A program made the translations under genes and the position numbers. From Leucoraja erinacea (lineage: Eukaryota), in assembly GCF_028641065.1 (NCBI RefSeq), contig NC_073389.1, forward strand, positions 34,348,001 through 34,412,000: a stretch of DNA of 64,000 nucleotides. The letters are read 5' to 3'. The first letter of the stretch is position 1, and the number at the start of each line of letters is the position of its first letter. Under the pieces are notes generated by a model. It was not told the origin of the DNA, did not search any database, and saw only the letters and a list, made by a program, of their open reading frames with translations. Below, one piece after another: positions 37,431-49,507 of the stretch.

Positions 37431-38299
37431 AAGGAACGTTTACAGCAGAGCTGGCTGATTTACTTTGATAAGTTGTAGGTTATACAACAGAACTTGAAAG
37501 ATGTATTCCTACATGAAGAATGGAATCTTTGACCCGAAACGTCACCAATTCCATCTCTCCATAGAAGCTGCCTCACCCGCTGAGTTTATCCAGCATTGTG
37601 TCTACCTTTTCCTACTTTGCCACATGATATGTGCAGCAGGATCGTTGCAGTTTCTTGTGTCAGTGACCAAGAGTCCCAAGAATCTGAGTACACTATCAAG
37701 ACAAGTTAATAGAAAATGCAATGACATTACTGTCTTTTCCAACCAAAAGCTGCAGGATAGCATAATTTTCGATAACAAAACAGTCCCGCCAAGTTAATTC
37801 AAAATGTATTTGAAATGCTTAATTGGATAGCTTGTCAAATTAAAATCAACTATTTAAATTTGTGAATGTAGTCTGATCTGTTTATGGTCATTGTCTTATT
37901 CTGGATGTGACATGGAAGATAAACCAAGCAATATGAAGGGAAGGACATTGCAAACTAAAGGTTTTTAAATGACACAGAACATTTGAAAATATGGACCTGT
38001 GCTTGTTGTCCAAGAATGATTTCCAACCAAGCAAAAGTTTTAACTCCCATCTTCATCTTTAATTACATCCTTGACCTATTATATGTCTAATCTATACTAA
38101 TCTTACAAGTCTCCAATGGTGATGACACACAAGCCAACCATTTTACTCGTGGATGCACTTTCAGCTACCAATGTCACGTGGTTTAGAAGTCTCTCTCTTG
38201 GCCTCAACACCTTTCTACTCTGGCCCATCTTTATGACAATTGTTTAAAAAAAACTCTCATTGCAGTGTCAAATGCTTAATTGCTTAAATCTGTGAAGCA

Positions 38300-38575
38300 T
38301 AGAATCATAGAAAAATCAGTGCAGGAATTGGCCATTCGAGCCAGCCATTCAATATGATCAGGGCTGATCATCTAAAATTAGTATCCATCTCCTGCTTTCC
38401 CCCCTATATCCCGTGATTCCTTTAACCCAAGAGCTAAATCTAACTCTCTCTTGAAAACATCCAGTGAATTGGCCTCCACTGCATTCTGTGGCAGAGAATT
38501 CCACAAATTCACAACTCTCTGGGTGAAGTTTTCCTTGTCTCTGTCCTAAATGGCCTACCCCTTATTCTTAAACTG
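38300..38575 (-). mobile_element. CR1 3' end
   Basis: gagaattccacaaattcacaactctctgg and gtgcaggaattggccattcg tail. Confidence 0.8.
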
Positions 38576-39914
38576 CAACTTGGAACATTTTGCCATGTTA
38601 AAGAAATATGTGATTATTATATAAATGTATGCTGTTTTTGTTTCATAGCTCAGTCCAAGAGTTTGGATTCACATTGCAACATTAAGGTAAACTCTTTCCT
38701 GGAGTATGTCTTGGAATAAAAAAAATCATGAGCCACAGAGGAAACTGAAAGATGAGCTACTGAATGCTTAATCAAAGGAAATGGGTCTTAAAGAGAAAGT
38801 CTACAAAACCAGAGATAGTTCTCAAGCTCACTGCCCAAAATAGCAAAATGAATTGTCACCAACAAGAGGATTAAAGAAAATACAGGTGCACAGAAAATGA
38901 TCAGAAATGGAAAAATACAGAATTCTCAAAGAAAGTATTGGGTTGAGGAGAGGGTTAAGGCCATGAAACAATTTGAGTTGATTGAGAATTATTTTTTTTG
39001 CACGGTGGAATTGTTGGATATAAATGTTTACAAGCACAGGGTATTGGGTAAACTAAACGTCATTATTAATTCTTTAAGAAAAATGGAGCAGGATAAATTT
39101 ATATTGCATTCTGCTTGTCCAATTAATTATTTAATGCAATACTCTGAACAATGCTGCACATTTATTAGGAAACAGTGAATAATGTGCAATCAACTTGTCA
39201 AGGTGTTTTAATAGAACTCGCTATTGATAATAACCCAGAATAAAATCATACAAAATGAAAATGCAACTTCATGAAATCTAAATAAATTGGAGGGAAGCAA
39301 TTGCATGAGAAAATGTTACATTATACCAGAGTTCAGCAAAAGTTACCTACCCATGAAACAATGCAACAGCAATGGCGGGCCTTGGTGTCGACCAATGAAC
39401 CATGTTTTCTGACTGTCAGAGGAAGTCGAGAGAGAGGCTTATTGGTCAGGCCCAGTTCGTGCTGATTGCATTTCTCTGGACATGTAAAGACACACACACA
39501 TATACCATCATTAGATTCATGAACAACAAATAAACGCATCATACAGCAAAGGCCGAGAAGCAGAGATGCAAAAGCAGATTTTCTATGGCTGTTCAAAAAT
39601 GAACTGTAAAGCAAAACAGCACTGACTGTTTTGCAAATGCAAAGGCCAGTGATCAACAAATCTGCTAATTTCTGTGTCAAACACATACACAATTGATAGA
39701 TTAAGAAACCATTAATATGAGCATTGATAAATGGATAAACCAAACATTCCATGGGACTCCATTTATTACACAACTGGAAACGGATCAGATTGCAACTTTG
39801 CCTTCTATCATTCATAATTATTGTGCATTAGATGATTGAAGAACAGGATGATATTTAATTGTAATCAATTTATACATATCCCTAATCTCTATTCTATTTC
39901 ATCTACAATATATT

Positions 39915-40250
39915 ACCAGAATGTTGCCTGGAATAGATGGTTGGAGATAGGGAGAGATAGAATAGGCTAGGTATTCTCACTAGAATTTAGGAGGGTGAGA
40001 TTTTTTTTTTAATTATGAGGGAAATAGAATATAAAATATTACCCCCCCCCCCCTTCCCCTAAGACAGGAAAGCCTAGAACTAGAGGGCACAGATTTGAAT
40101 TGAAAGGGCAGAAATTTAAGGAGATCAGAGGGACATGAGATGTGGTGAATATCTGGAATGAGCTGCCAATGGATGGTGGAAGCAGGTATAAGCAGGCATA
40201 GACAAGGTGGGCCAAGAGGGCCCTTATCTGTTGTACGTTTCGATGACTCA
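39915..40250 (+). mobile_element. Old CR1 3' fragment
   Basis: agaactagagggcacagattt and ggccaagagggcc tail. Confidence 0.6.
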
Positions 40251-41004
40251 AATACACAATCACATCACTTAAGTTATGGTATTCTCCTCAGATACAACCT
40301 AAAACCTCATCCTCTGCACAAGGCTAATTAATTGATTAAAAATAATTGTGCTTCCATCCACTTTTCTCCAGAAAACAGGCATCATGGGCAATTTTCATTT
40401 TGTGTATCACAAATCGCACAACTGGCCAACAAAACGTGTGGTGGGTTGCAATCTAATTTGAAACATAGCTGAAGTCTAAATCAGCTTTTTAAATTTACCT
40501 TTAAAGAGGTGGGCGCCTGCCTGCCGCCCCCCCCCCCCCCCCATGGCTTCTCTGAATGAGATTCATTACACTACAGCTTGAAGTGAACAATGCAACAGCA
40601 CTACCAGGACATTTAAAATCTCAATTATATCATCAACATTAGTTCAGTACTTATTATTTTCTTTGAAGTTAAATTTGACCTGCAAGTCCAATGGGTAAGA
40701 AACATGCCTGCTTGATTTTTTTTCTTTAACAAGCTACAATGAAGAGCACAAGAACCATCGAGATATACAATCAGTTCGCAGGGATTGGAATGGTGCAGTC
40801 CATTTGCGTACCACACACTGATAGAGATTTATTTTTACTTGTGGCATTGTAGAACAATTAAGATTATACTTTATAGCAATTTGTAAAGGCAAAATGTTTA
40901 ACTATGCTTCTACAGACTAATTACAAAATACTTCAAATAATAGAGGAATCCTAGTTTCACTACCACAAGATGCTTAAAGGTGCACAATTTTGACCCCAAG
41001 CAAG

Positions 41005-41070
41005 TTATTATATATAATATATATTATATAATATAATTATATAATATATAATATATATTGTATATATATT
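41005..41070. repeat. AT-only low-complexity repeat
   Basis: tatataatatatattatataatata... Confidence 0.9.
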
Positions 41071-41498
41071 CTTCCAAGCTAAGATAGATCAACAAGGCAT
41101 ATGTCACTTTTTTTAAATCATGCAATGCATTAAGATTTCAATTGCAATGAACTTTCACAGCTCATTGGACATTTCAGTGTTTATATGTAGTATTTGACCT
41201 GCAATCATATTCATTAGTGCTTCTGCTAAAAGTCACTTATTTAATTCTAATTCAAACATCATTATTCATAGAAACTGACTCAGGTGCCATTTCTTTTATT
41301 GTCAAAACATTGCATATTAATTCAAATTTATGAGTTTATGAGCAATACATCTGCATTTGCATCCCATAGAATAAATAGACAATGACCATTATCAATAAAT
41401 TCACAAGAATACAAAAGAAAATCAGATGACACAAGGACTTTATAGTTCACTTCAAAACTGGGCCCCTCCTTTAGCAGGGTTTACAACAATATACTTAC

Positions 41499-41631
41499 CT
41501 AAAAGTGGAAGCAGTACAGGATAGTTGTAAGGCATCACAAAAAGATTAACACAATTCAAAGCTGTACTAGCTTTCAGGTAACCAAAAGGATGACCAAGGT
41601 CACTATACTTCCCACTGTTGTTCACATACAC
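41499..41631 (-). CDS. INTS6: INTS6 ex9 (133 nt), VYVNNSGKYSDLGHPFGYLKASTALNCVNLFVMPYNYPVLLPLL
   Basis: ttccag/gtaagt splice sites. Conserved motif. Confidence 0.95.
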
Positions 41632-42000
41632 CTGGAATAACAATAGGATGAATTAGACTATGAAAAAGGAAGTCTGAAATCAAGTTTGGAATTCAGCTGC
41701 CTATATGACTTTGTAATAATAAAAATTGCATAGCTCAGATCAAGTTTAAAAACTGAATATGAAGTTTAGGATAACTTTTTTAAATGGTTATTTTAGAGTT
41801 ATTTCCTGTAAACTACTTTTGTCTGAAATGTAACTCATTAATTCTTATAATATGGTCCATGTCAATATTCCGTCCCTGGTAGTAATCCCTGTCACTGTTC
41901 CTGAAAAACTTAAATCAAAACAAAGAGTTTGAAATACACAATGGCAAAGCTGATCGGGGGGAGTATTTCAGCCATTCAAATACATGATCTTACTTAACAG

Positions 42001-42092
42001 TAGACACAAAATACTGGAGTAACTCAGCGGATGAGGCAGCATCTATGGAGAGAAGGAATGGGCGACTTTCGGGTCGAGACCCTTCTTCAGAC
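42001..42092 (-). mobile_element. Penelope-type arm with hammerhead-like core
   Basis: On -: ctgaagaagggtctcgacccgaaagtc. Confidence 0.65.
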
Positions 42093-42102
42093 TTATTTAA
42101 CG

Positions 42103-42383
42103 GTTTAGTTTAGTTTATAGATACAGCGTGAAAACAGGTCTTTCGGCCCACCGAGTCAGTGCTGACTAGCGATCCCTGCATATGAACACTGTCCTACACA
42201 AACTAGGGACAATTTTTACATTTGTCAAGCCAATTTACCTATACACATGTTTTGCACACATCTTTGGAGTGTGGGAAGAAACAGAAGATTTTGGTGAAAA
42301 CCCACGTGGTCACGGGGAGAACATACAAACTCCGTACAGACAGCACCCGTAGTCAGGATCGAACCCGGGTCTCTGGTGCTGCA
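42103..42383 (-). mobile_element. HE1/V-type SINE (5' truncated)
   Basis: B box (ggttcgatcc on -) and (tttag)n tail. Confidence 0.85.
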
Positions 42384-43091
42384 AGTGTATATATAAATAT
42401 ATAATTTAGCCAATTTTGTTCCCTATTCCTTAATATCCTTGGTCCATGATAATCTAACCCTAAATTATTAATCAGAGTACTACGATCATCAATTGACCGC
42501 CATCGACCATGTTTTTGTTGGGTGTCAAATTCCCTGTACCTAGTTCACATCTTTGCAAAGTTAGAAGACATAGCTACGTGAAAATATTAAGTTGTAACAA
42601 GAAATAAATTGAGTGGACATACCAATGGCAAATATAAAAATGGGGCAAGTTATTCACCTACACTGGGTAGAGAAAGAATAAGGATTACTTTCTTCATTAA
42701 AAAAAAAGCAAGTTGGAAGAAAATAAGGAATTGGAAGACACATATGCACACGAACCCAAGAGCGGGAAAACAGCAGCAACTTTCAAATGGGAGTAGGAAG
42801 CTTCAAATAAATATGTGCCCTTGGGTATGATTAGTGCAGATAAACTAACTGGATAGTGTTTTAAATAACTTTCATAGCAGTTAGTTTATTCCAAAGAAAG
42901 GTTAATGTGATCCTAGCCTTTCGTCTCAAGAGAGTTAAAATTCAAAACTTAAGTTCCAAGAATTAAAAATAAAACCAGAGCTCAAGAGTACCATATTAAA
43001 TATTTAAAAGAAAAATATTCAAAAGCAACATTTATTTAAATATAAAATCTATCAGGGCCAGGAATCAACTTAGAACACAGCAGGTACCATA

Positions 43092-43485
43092 AACTTCAGA
43101 TGCTCATTTACAAAGAAAGATACAAAGTTCTGGAGTAACTCAGTTGGTCAGACTGCATCTCTGGAGAACATGGATAGGTGATGTTTCAGGTAGGAAGCCT
43201 TCTTCAGATTGACGAGTCACAAACCGAAACGGAGCGGAATTTGACCATTCAGCTCATCGAGTCTGCTCTGCCATTTGATCTTGGCTGATCAATATTTTCC
43301 TCTCAGTCCCATTCTCCTGCCTTGTTCCCACAACCTTTGATGCCCTTTCTAATCAAGAACCCATTAATCTCCGTTTTAAAAATACCCACTGCCGTCTGTG
43401 ACAATGAACTCCAGATTCACCACTCTCTAGCTAAAGAAATTCCTCCACATCCCCATTCTAAAGGTACATCCTTTTATCCTGAAGG
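43092..43485 (-). mobile_element. Penelope-type arm (43092-43211) followed by a CR1 3' fragment (about 43235-43485)
   Basis: ctggagtaactcag...cttcttcaga motif; CR1 tail gtctgctctgccatttgatc. Confidence 0.6.
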
Positions 43486-43814
43486 TGGAGCTTACCATCT
43501 AAGCTCCACCAGCAATTTTCTGGCTGTGCATTAACTGTATGACAGACCTGGATTTTGTGAAACTCTAGCATTTTGACGATCAGGGTGGGTTGAGGGTGGG
43601 GGTGGGGGAGTAGAAATTGGTATTGGTTCTCAGATCCAGCACAAAGTTAGAACTTTAAGACCATTGGGCAGAAAGGGAAGAATAAACCAAGCATTTCCTT
43701 TTACTTTTGGTTTTCTTTTAATAAATACTTTTAAGTCTGAATTGCAAAACGTCAGGAGGAACGCAGAAATATTTTTTGCAATCCTGACAAAACTTCAGAT
43801 CATCACCAGGTTTG

Positions 43815-44818
43815 AGGGAATACATCGAAGTCCCTCACCGTGAGCACAGGATCGCCCCAGGGTTGCGTCCTCAGCCCCCTATTGTACTCCCTGTACACAC
43901 ATTACTGTGTGGCTAGGTTCAGCTCCAACTCAATAATTGAGTTTGCTGATGACACTGTGGTGGTGGGCCTGATCTCAGACAACGATGAGAAGGCCTACCG
44001 GGAGGAGGTGGCTGATCTAGCACTCTGGTGTCAAGCCAACAGCCTCCTCTTGAACATCAAAAAAATAAGGAGCTGATCGTGGACTTTAGGAGGGCACATC
44101 ACCATTGAGGATGTGGGGATATTGTGGATAGGGTGAGCTGTTTTAAATATCTGGGAGTCCACATCTCTGAGGATATGACATGGACATCACACGCCGCAGC
44201 ACTCGTGAGTAAGGCAAGGCAGCGGCTTTACCACCTCAGGCAATTGAGGAAATTCAGAGTGTCTCCGAGGATCCTCCAGTGCTTCTACTCAGCGGCTGTG
44301 GAAAGCATCTTGTCCGGAAATATTACCATCTGGTTTGTGAATTGCTCTGCCCAGGACAACAAGGCTCTGCAGAGAGTAGTGCGTTCGGCCGAACGCACTA
44401 TGGGAACTTCACTCGCCCCGCTGCAGGAACTATACATCAGGAGATGCAACTCCAGAGCCAATAAAATCATGGGAGACCCCTTCCACCCCTGCAACGGAGT
44501 GTTCCAGCTGCTACAGTCAGGCAAACACCTCCGTTGCCATGCTGTGAGAACGGAGAGGTTGAGAAGGAGTTTCTTCCCAGAGGCCATTCGGACTGTAAAT
44601 CTCACCAGGGACTAACTTTACTGAACACTTTTCCTTCCGCCCACAATATTTAATATGTAAAAGAATATGTGTGTGTTTATGATTGTGTTTATAGTTTGTT
44701 TGGTTGTTTGTTTGTTTGCCTTTTTGCACAAAGTCCACGAGCATTGCCACTTTTCATTTCACTGCACATCTCGTATGTGTATGTGACGAATAAACTTGAC
44801 TTGACTTGACTTGTCTTG
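43815..44818 (+). mobile_element. Young Rex1-type LINE (RT C-terminal half plus 3' UTR)
   Basis: STGSPQGCVLSPLLYSLYT, FADD, FKYLGVHISEDM, ARQRLYHLRQLRKF; aataaa(cttga)n tail. Confidence 0.9.
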
Positions 44819-44848
44819 AAAGGCTTACAGGAGAGTTTCATGGAAAGA

Positions 44849-44928
44849 CCAAAAATGCTGGAGTAACTCAGCGGGACAGACAGCCTCTCTAGGCTGTCTG
44901 TCCCGCTGAGTTACTCCAGCATTTTTGG
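44849..44928. repeat. Perfect 38-bp inverted repeat with a 4-nt spacer
   Basis: 44849-44886 is the exact reverse complement of 44891-44928. Confidence 0.95.
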
Positions 44929-45642
44929 GATGGGTGGGGGAAACTTTTAATCTCTTCCCTGCATGGAGACCCGACCTTTTCCCTGTCGGGTCTCCGTTGC
45001 CGTTGGGGCCTAGCGCCGTGGAGCGGCCTCCACCGGAACGACCTGGAGGCTCAAGTCACGGAGCCTGTGAAGCTGGGGAGCTGCTGTGGAGCCGCGGAGC
45101 CTGTGGAGCTGCTGTGGAGCCGCGGAGTCTGTGGAGCTGGGGAGCTGCTGTGGAGCCCGCGGAGCTGTGGAGCTGCTGCGGACTTACCTCCGTGGAGCTG
45201 GCCGGCTTTGGGGCGTGGAGAGCGGCGGTGGCGCGTTGCTGCGGCCCGGCTCCGGTGGATGGAACACCGGGAGCTCGCGGATCCCCGGTGGGAGGCTGCT
45301 TTGCGGGGCACCGGCAGCGGCGACTTCTCCCGCCCGAATTGCGGGGTTGAGAATGACCTGGAGGGGGGCCCTACAACGCCCGGCGCGGCCTTAATTTGCC
45401 GCGGACTAGCGCCCGCCGGGGGCTTTGAGCTCGACTTCGGGAGGGAAATGGAATGCAGGGGAGAGACAAGAACTTTGCCTTCCATCACAGTGAGGAGGAG
45501 AGCCACTGTGATGGATGTTTATGTGAATAGTGTTGGTGTGTGTTTTGGTTCTTTTATTGTATGGCTGCAGAAACTACATTTCGTTTGAACCTCATGTGAG
45601 GTTCAAATGACAAATAAAGGTATTGTATTGTATTGTATTGTA
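44929..45642 (+). mobile_element. GC-rich non-autonomous retroelement with (ATTGT)n tail and an internal gagctgctgtg minisatellite
   Basis: Homologous to 50340-51230; 3' stem-loop, aataaa and tandem tail. Confidence 0.7.
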
Positions 45643-46149
45643 TAGATAGAAGGAATGAGTGATGTTTCGTGTCAAGACACTTCTTCAGACCTTTCTCCAA
45701 CCATCCTCATCACTCCATTATGTCGACCAAGCCCTGCTGCCACATGGAGCCTATTTTGCTTAATTTGGCTGGACAAACATGGTCTTTCTACATCTGGCAG
45801 AGTAATATTTAGCAGAGAACTGACCACAAATGAAAGTCTATTGGGCCCAAAGTAATAAAATCAGAGGCATTGGTTTTGCTGCAAATTTCCCTGGCTTTAC
45901 TTTTATATCATCATATCGAGCAGCAAAATTTGAGTACCATAAATTATTAATAATTTAATCCTTTTGAAAATGTTCAGCATTAAATGTGCTAGCCTTCTTT
46001 ATTCTCAGTGGATACAAATGATAAATAGAAAGTGGTTACTCAGGACACCACCTTCCAATTTTCAGCAACATACAGGTGAAACCATTATATATTTCTGGAG
46101 GACATGGATAGGTGACATTTCATGTTGGGGCTCTTCTTTAGACTTGAGT

Positions 46150-46177
46150 CTGAAGAAGGGTCCTGACCCGAAATGTC
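46150..46177 (+). ncRNA. Minimal hammerhead-ribozyme-like core within a Penelope-type element (about 46090-46230)
   Basis: CTGAAGA-A-GGGTC-ct-GACCC-GAAA-TGTC. Stem I is weak and activity is unproven. Confidence 0.4.
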
Positions 46178-47209
46178 AGCTATTCACGATCTCTTTTTTC
46201 CGTAAGCCAGCATCTGCAGTTCCCTGTTACTACAGGCTACTATATTGACTTTCATTCAGCCCTATTGTAGTTTCTTCTTGGAAAATCAATTTAACAACGT
46301 CAGAGATTTTGGGACAAACAAACAAGCATTATAACATTAACAAAACTACTCAATATTTATTTTATCCAACAAAAAGTAGGCATTGAACTTAATGAGCACA
46401 CAACTTTAGACAATATAATGTAACAAAAAACTTTAATGGTACATTATCAATTTTACCTCAATTTGACTCTTTGAAAATGATCCTTGATACAAATTGAGTG
46501 CACAAGTTATCTGCATATGCTGGTATCCTCTTTGTTTAGGCATAATGTGTATAGAGGGCAAAAAAATCTGCACCATGCACAAGAATTTTACGCTCAACAG
46601 TTTTACAAGCTTCTCCTACAAACAGATACTTTTGTGAAGATCGCCAATAGAGTACACTGTGTCAGCTTATTTAATCATGGAGCAATGGGATAAAAACAAA
46701 ATGAGAATCTCCCTTTCAGTAGTAAGGCCACCCAAGCTGTTTACAAACCATCAATGTAAAATTATGTTTTAAAACTTAACACTAAATTTATGCTATGCGA
46801 TTCTTGTGGCATCTATTCTGTCAAAATGGGGTTTATTTTATGTGCAGGTCACAATGCACCAAGAAATTGGTCCCATTGCAGGTTTGGGAAGACGTATACA
46901 AAGACACTGCACCAAATTAAGCATGGATAATCCAATTTACTACCCAACGTTTGTTTCCCAGTCTTTCAGCGCAAAGACCTTGCCACTTCCTTTGCTTAGA
47001 AAATTACAAATCACTTTTGATTGCTTTGTTTTGAGCCATTTTATATTCTCCTACACCAGATGTACTTGCATCCCAAATCTGTAAATCATCATGCACTTCA
47101 TCCCAAGTGCCTGCAGAAATATGCAAATGCCTTTGCTTAACTGTTATAATTGCAGCATAACTTTGAATAATTATTAGCTGTACCTCAGAAAATCATAAGA
47201 ATATCCCAT

Positions 47210-47363
47210 CATTTAAGAAACAGTTAGACAGGTACATGGATGGGGCAGGTTTGGAGGGATATGGACCAGGCGCAGGCAAGTGGGACTGGTGTAGCTGGGA
47301 CATCATTGGCTGGTGTGGGCAAGTTGGGCCAAAGGGCCTGTTTCCACACTGCAACACTCTATG
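47210..47363 (+). mobile_element. CR1 3' tail
   Basis: ttagacaggtacatggat...gggccaaagggcctgtttcc. Confidence 0.75.
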
Positions 47364-47439
47364 AGATATTGATCAGTGCCTCTGAATATAAATTTTGAGG
47401 TTGGTATGCTAAAATGCAAAACCATAAAAGATATCTTAC

Positions 47440-47592
47440 CTGCCAGCAGGTGAGAGGAGATTTGCGCTCCAGAATATATTGGGTTAAAGGTGAAGGTTCC
47501 AACTCATATTTATCAAAAGGCAGTTTATCAATAACCATTGGGTCACAATCAGCACAAGAAAATTTCACCACTGGATGGGCACTACGAGGTGG
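47440..47592 (-). CDS. INTS6: INTS6 ex8 (153 nt), PPRSAHPVVKF...PFDKYELEPSPLTQYILERKSPLTCWQ
   Basis: ttcag/gtaaga splice sites. Conserved motif. Confidence 0.95.
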
Positions 47593-47968
47593 CTGAATTA
47601 AAAGATAAAACATTCAGAAAGAATTGAGTTACCTGTAATGAAAATGTTAATTGCAAACCCATGATCTCAAGTTGCAATCATCAGTAAGCCAAGGCATCCC
47701 CAAATCTGGGTGTACATATTATGCTTTTTAAATGTTAAGAGACAGGACGAAAAGAACACAACTGCATAATATTTATATGCAATGCATATTTCTTTGGGAA
47801 TTCTTTTCTTGAATATCATAAAATAATTAATGAACCATTGGAAATGCTGTGGTGAATTACAAGAGTAATGCACAGCAAGCTTAGCATAACTGAATGCTGT
47901 TGTACAAAAAAATAACAAGACAAAAGAACATTTCCATCTACTATTTTAGGTAAATATGTATTCAAATA

Positions 47969-48676
47969 CAGTAAACCCTCATTATAATCGACCATAGTGG
48001 GGGGAGGGGGGGGGGGATGATGTTTGTTTTTCCGATTGTCTAGTACAACCAAGGAAAGTATTATCATTGTATGAATTTGAAACAAAGAACGAAAGATGGT
48101 GGTTAATACACAAAAGGACACAAAGTGCTGGAGTAATTCAGCGGGTCAAGCAGCATTGCTGGAGAACAATGGAAAGGTGATGTCAAGGCCCTTCTTCAGA
48201 CTGATTCAATCTGCTGAATTACTCCAGCACTTTGTGTCGGTTCACCTTAAAACTAGGTGCCGGTGCCACTGCTCGGCACTGCAACTCCTTCACCAGCTGC
48301 TGCCCTAATCGGTTGACACAGATGTTGTTGTGGCTCACGTTTGGGACAGCACTTTCTTCAGGCGACTCCAGGGGAGAATGAGGAAGGAGGTGACGTTAGG
48401 GGTTGGGGGAAGGGAGCCCCATGGAGACCAAGCATCTGCTGCCAGTCGGCTGAAGAAAGTGCTGTCGCCAGGGACTATAACATGAGCCTCAACAGCTGCG
48501 CCAACAGACCATGCACTGGGTGAAAGGCTCACTGGTGCATCTTACGAGTTGCGGAGGGCGTGGAAAATCGGGGCTCTAAGTGGCCGGGGAGACAATGGGA
48601 GCCGGAATTTGGTCAGCAGGTCCGTCCACTATAGCCAAACTCCGTTATAAAGGGGTCTGTTAAAGCTGGTTTACTG
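47969..48676. mobile_element. Tigger/pogo-like MITE containing a nested Penelope-type inverted element (48117-48238)
   Basis: TA|cagtaaacc ... ggtttactg|TA. Confidence 0.7.
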
Positions 48677-48749
48677 TATTTGAAATAAGTTACTAAATAT
48701 GCAATATCTTTAAGGCAGACAAAAACAGAAGTGATTGGCAAAAACTTAC

Positions 48750-48913
48750 TAGGGTTGGAGAGTTTTGGTCTGGCCAGAAGGATTCAGGGATGGGCCAATG
48801 TCCAACTGGAACACCAGTTTTGTGGTTGGGACGTACATAAATTAGTTTGTGACAATTATGCCAAGGTTGTGGTCCAAACGGAGGGGCGGATTTAGGACCA
48901 TCAGTAACACCAT
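48750..48913 (-). CDS. INTS6: INTS6 ex7 (164 nt), DGVTDGPK...QPWHNCHKLIYVRPN...GHWPIPESFWPDQNSPTL
   Basis: ttctag/gtaagt splice sites. Conserved GHWP.PESFWPD motif. Confidence 0.93.
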
Positions 48914-49005
48914 CTAGAACAGATGAAGAATCACCTTTACCTCTCTGTTCAATAAGAAACAATAACTTGTTACAAATAACTTTTTATCTTCCTTCCACTA
49001 TATAT

Positions 49006-49154
49006 NNNNNNNNNNNNNNNNNNNNNNNNNNNNNNNNNNNNNNNNNNNNNNNNNNNNNNNNNNNNNNNNNNNNNNNNNNNNNNNNNNNNNNNNNNNNNNN
49101 NNNNNNNNNNNNNNNNNNNNNNNNNNNNNNNNNNNNNNNNNNNNNNNNNNNNNN
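49006..49154. other. Assembly gap (149 N)
   Basis: Run of n. Confidence 1.
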
Positions 49155-49203
49155 ATTTCCTCGAAAAACCAGAGATTTTTGCAATTTCTGTAGGGATTTA
49201 ACT

Positions 49204-49500
49204 GGGGGGGGGGAGGGGGGGGGGGGGGTGGTTAGAGGGGAGGAGGGGGGGAGGTGGTTAGAGGGGGGGGAGGTGGTTAGAGGGGGGGGAGGTGGTTAGA
49301 GGGGGGGGGGGAGGTGGTTAGAGGGGGGGGGAGGTGGTTAGAGGGGGGGAGGTGGTTAGAGGGGGGGGAGGTGGTTAGAGGGGGGGAGGTTAGGGGGGGG
49401 AGGGGTTAGAGGGGGGGGAGGTGGTTAGAGGGGGGGGGGGTGGTTTAGAGGGAGGGGGTGGTTAGAGGGGGGGGGGAGGGGGGGGTGGGGAAGGGGGGAG
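49204..49500 (+). repeat. G-rich minisatellite, unit about G(6-10)AGGTGGTTAGA
   Basis: Roughly a dozen tandem units with variable G-run length. Confidence 0.9.
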
Positions 49501-49507
49501 ACGGGGA

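Noticed and set aside
44925-45588. Overlapping 100-170 aa ORFs in several frames (also 50327-51184)
   Set aside because: Caused by stop-poor GC-rich repeat sequence and poly-G. No domain motifs, and the frames are not preserved between the two copies.
49204-49500. Interstitial telomere
   Set aside because: The unit contains TTAGAG followed by a G run, not tandem TTAGGG.
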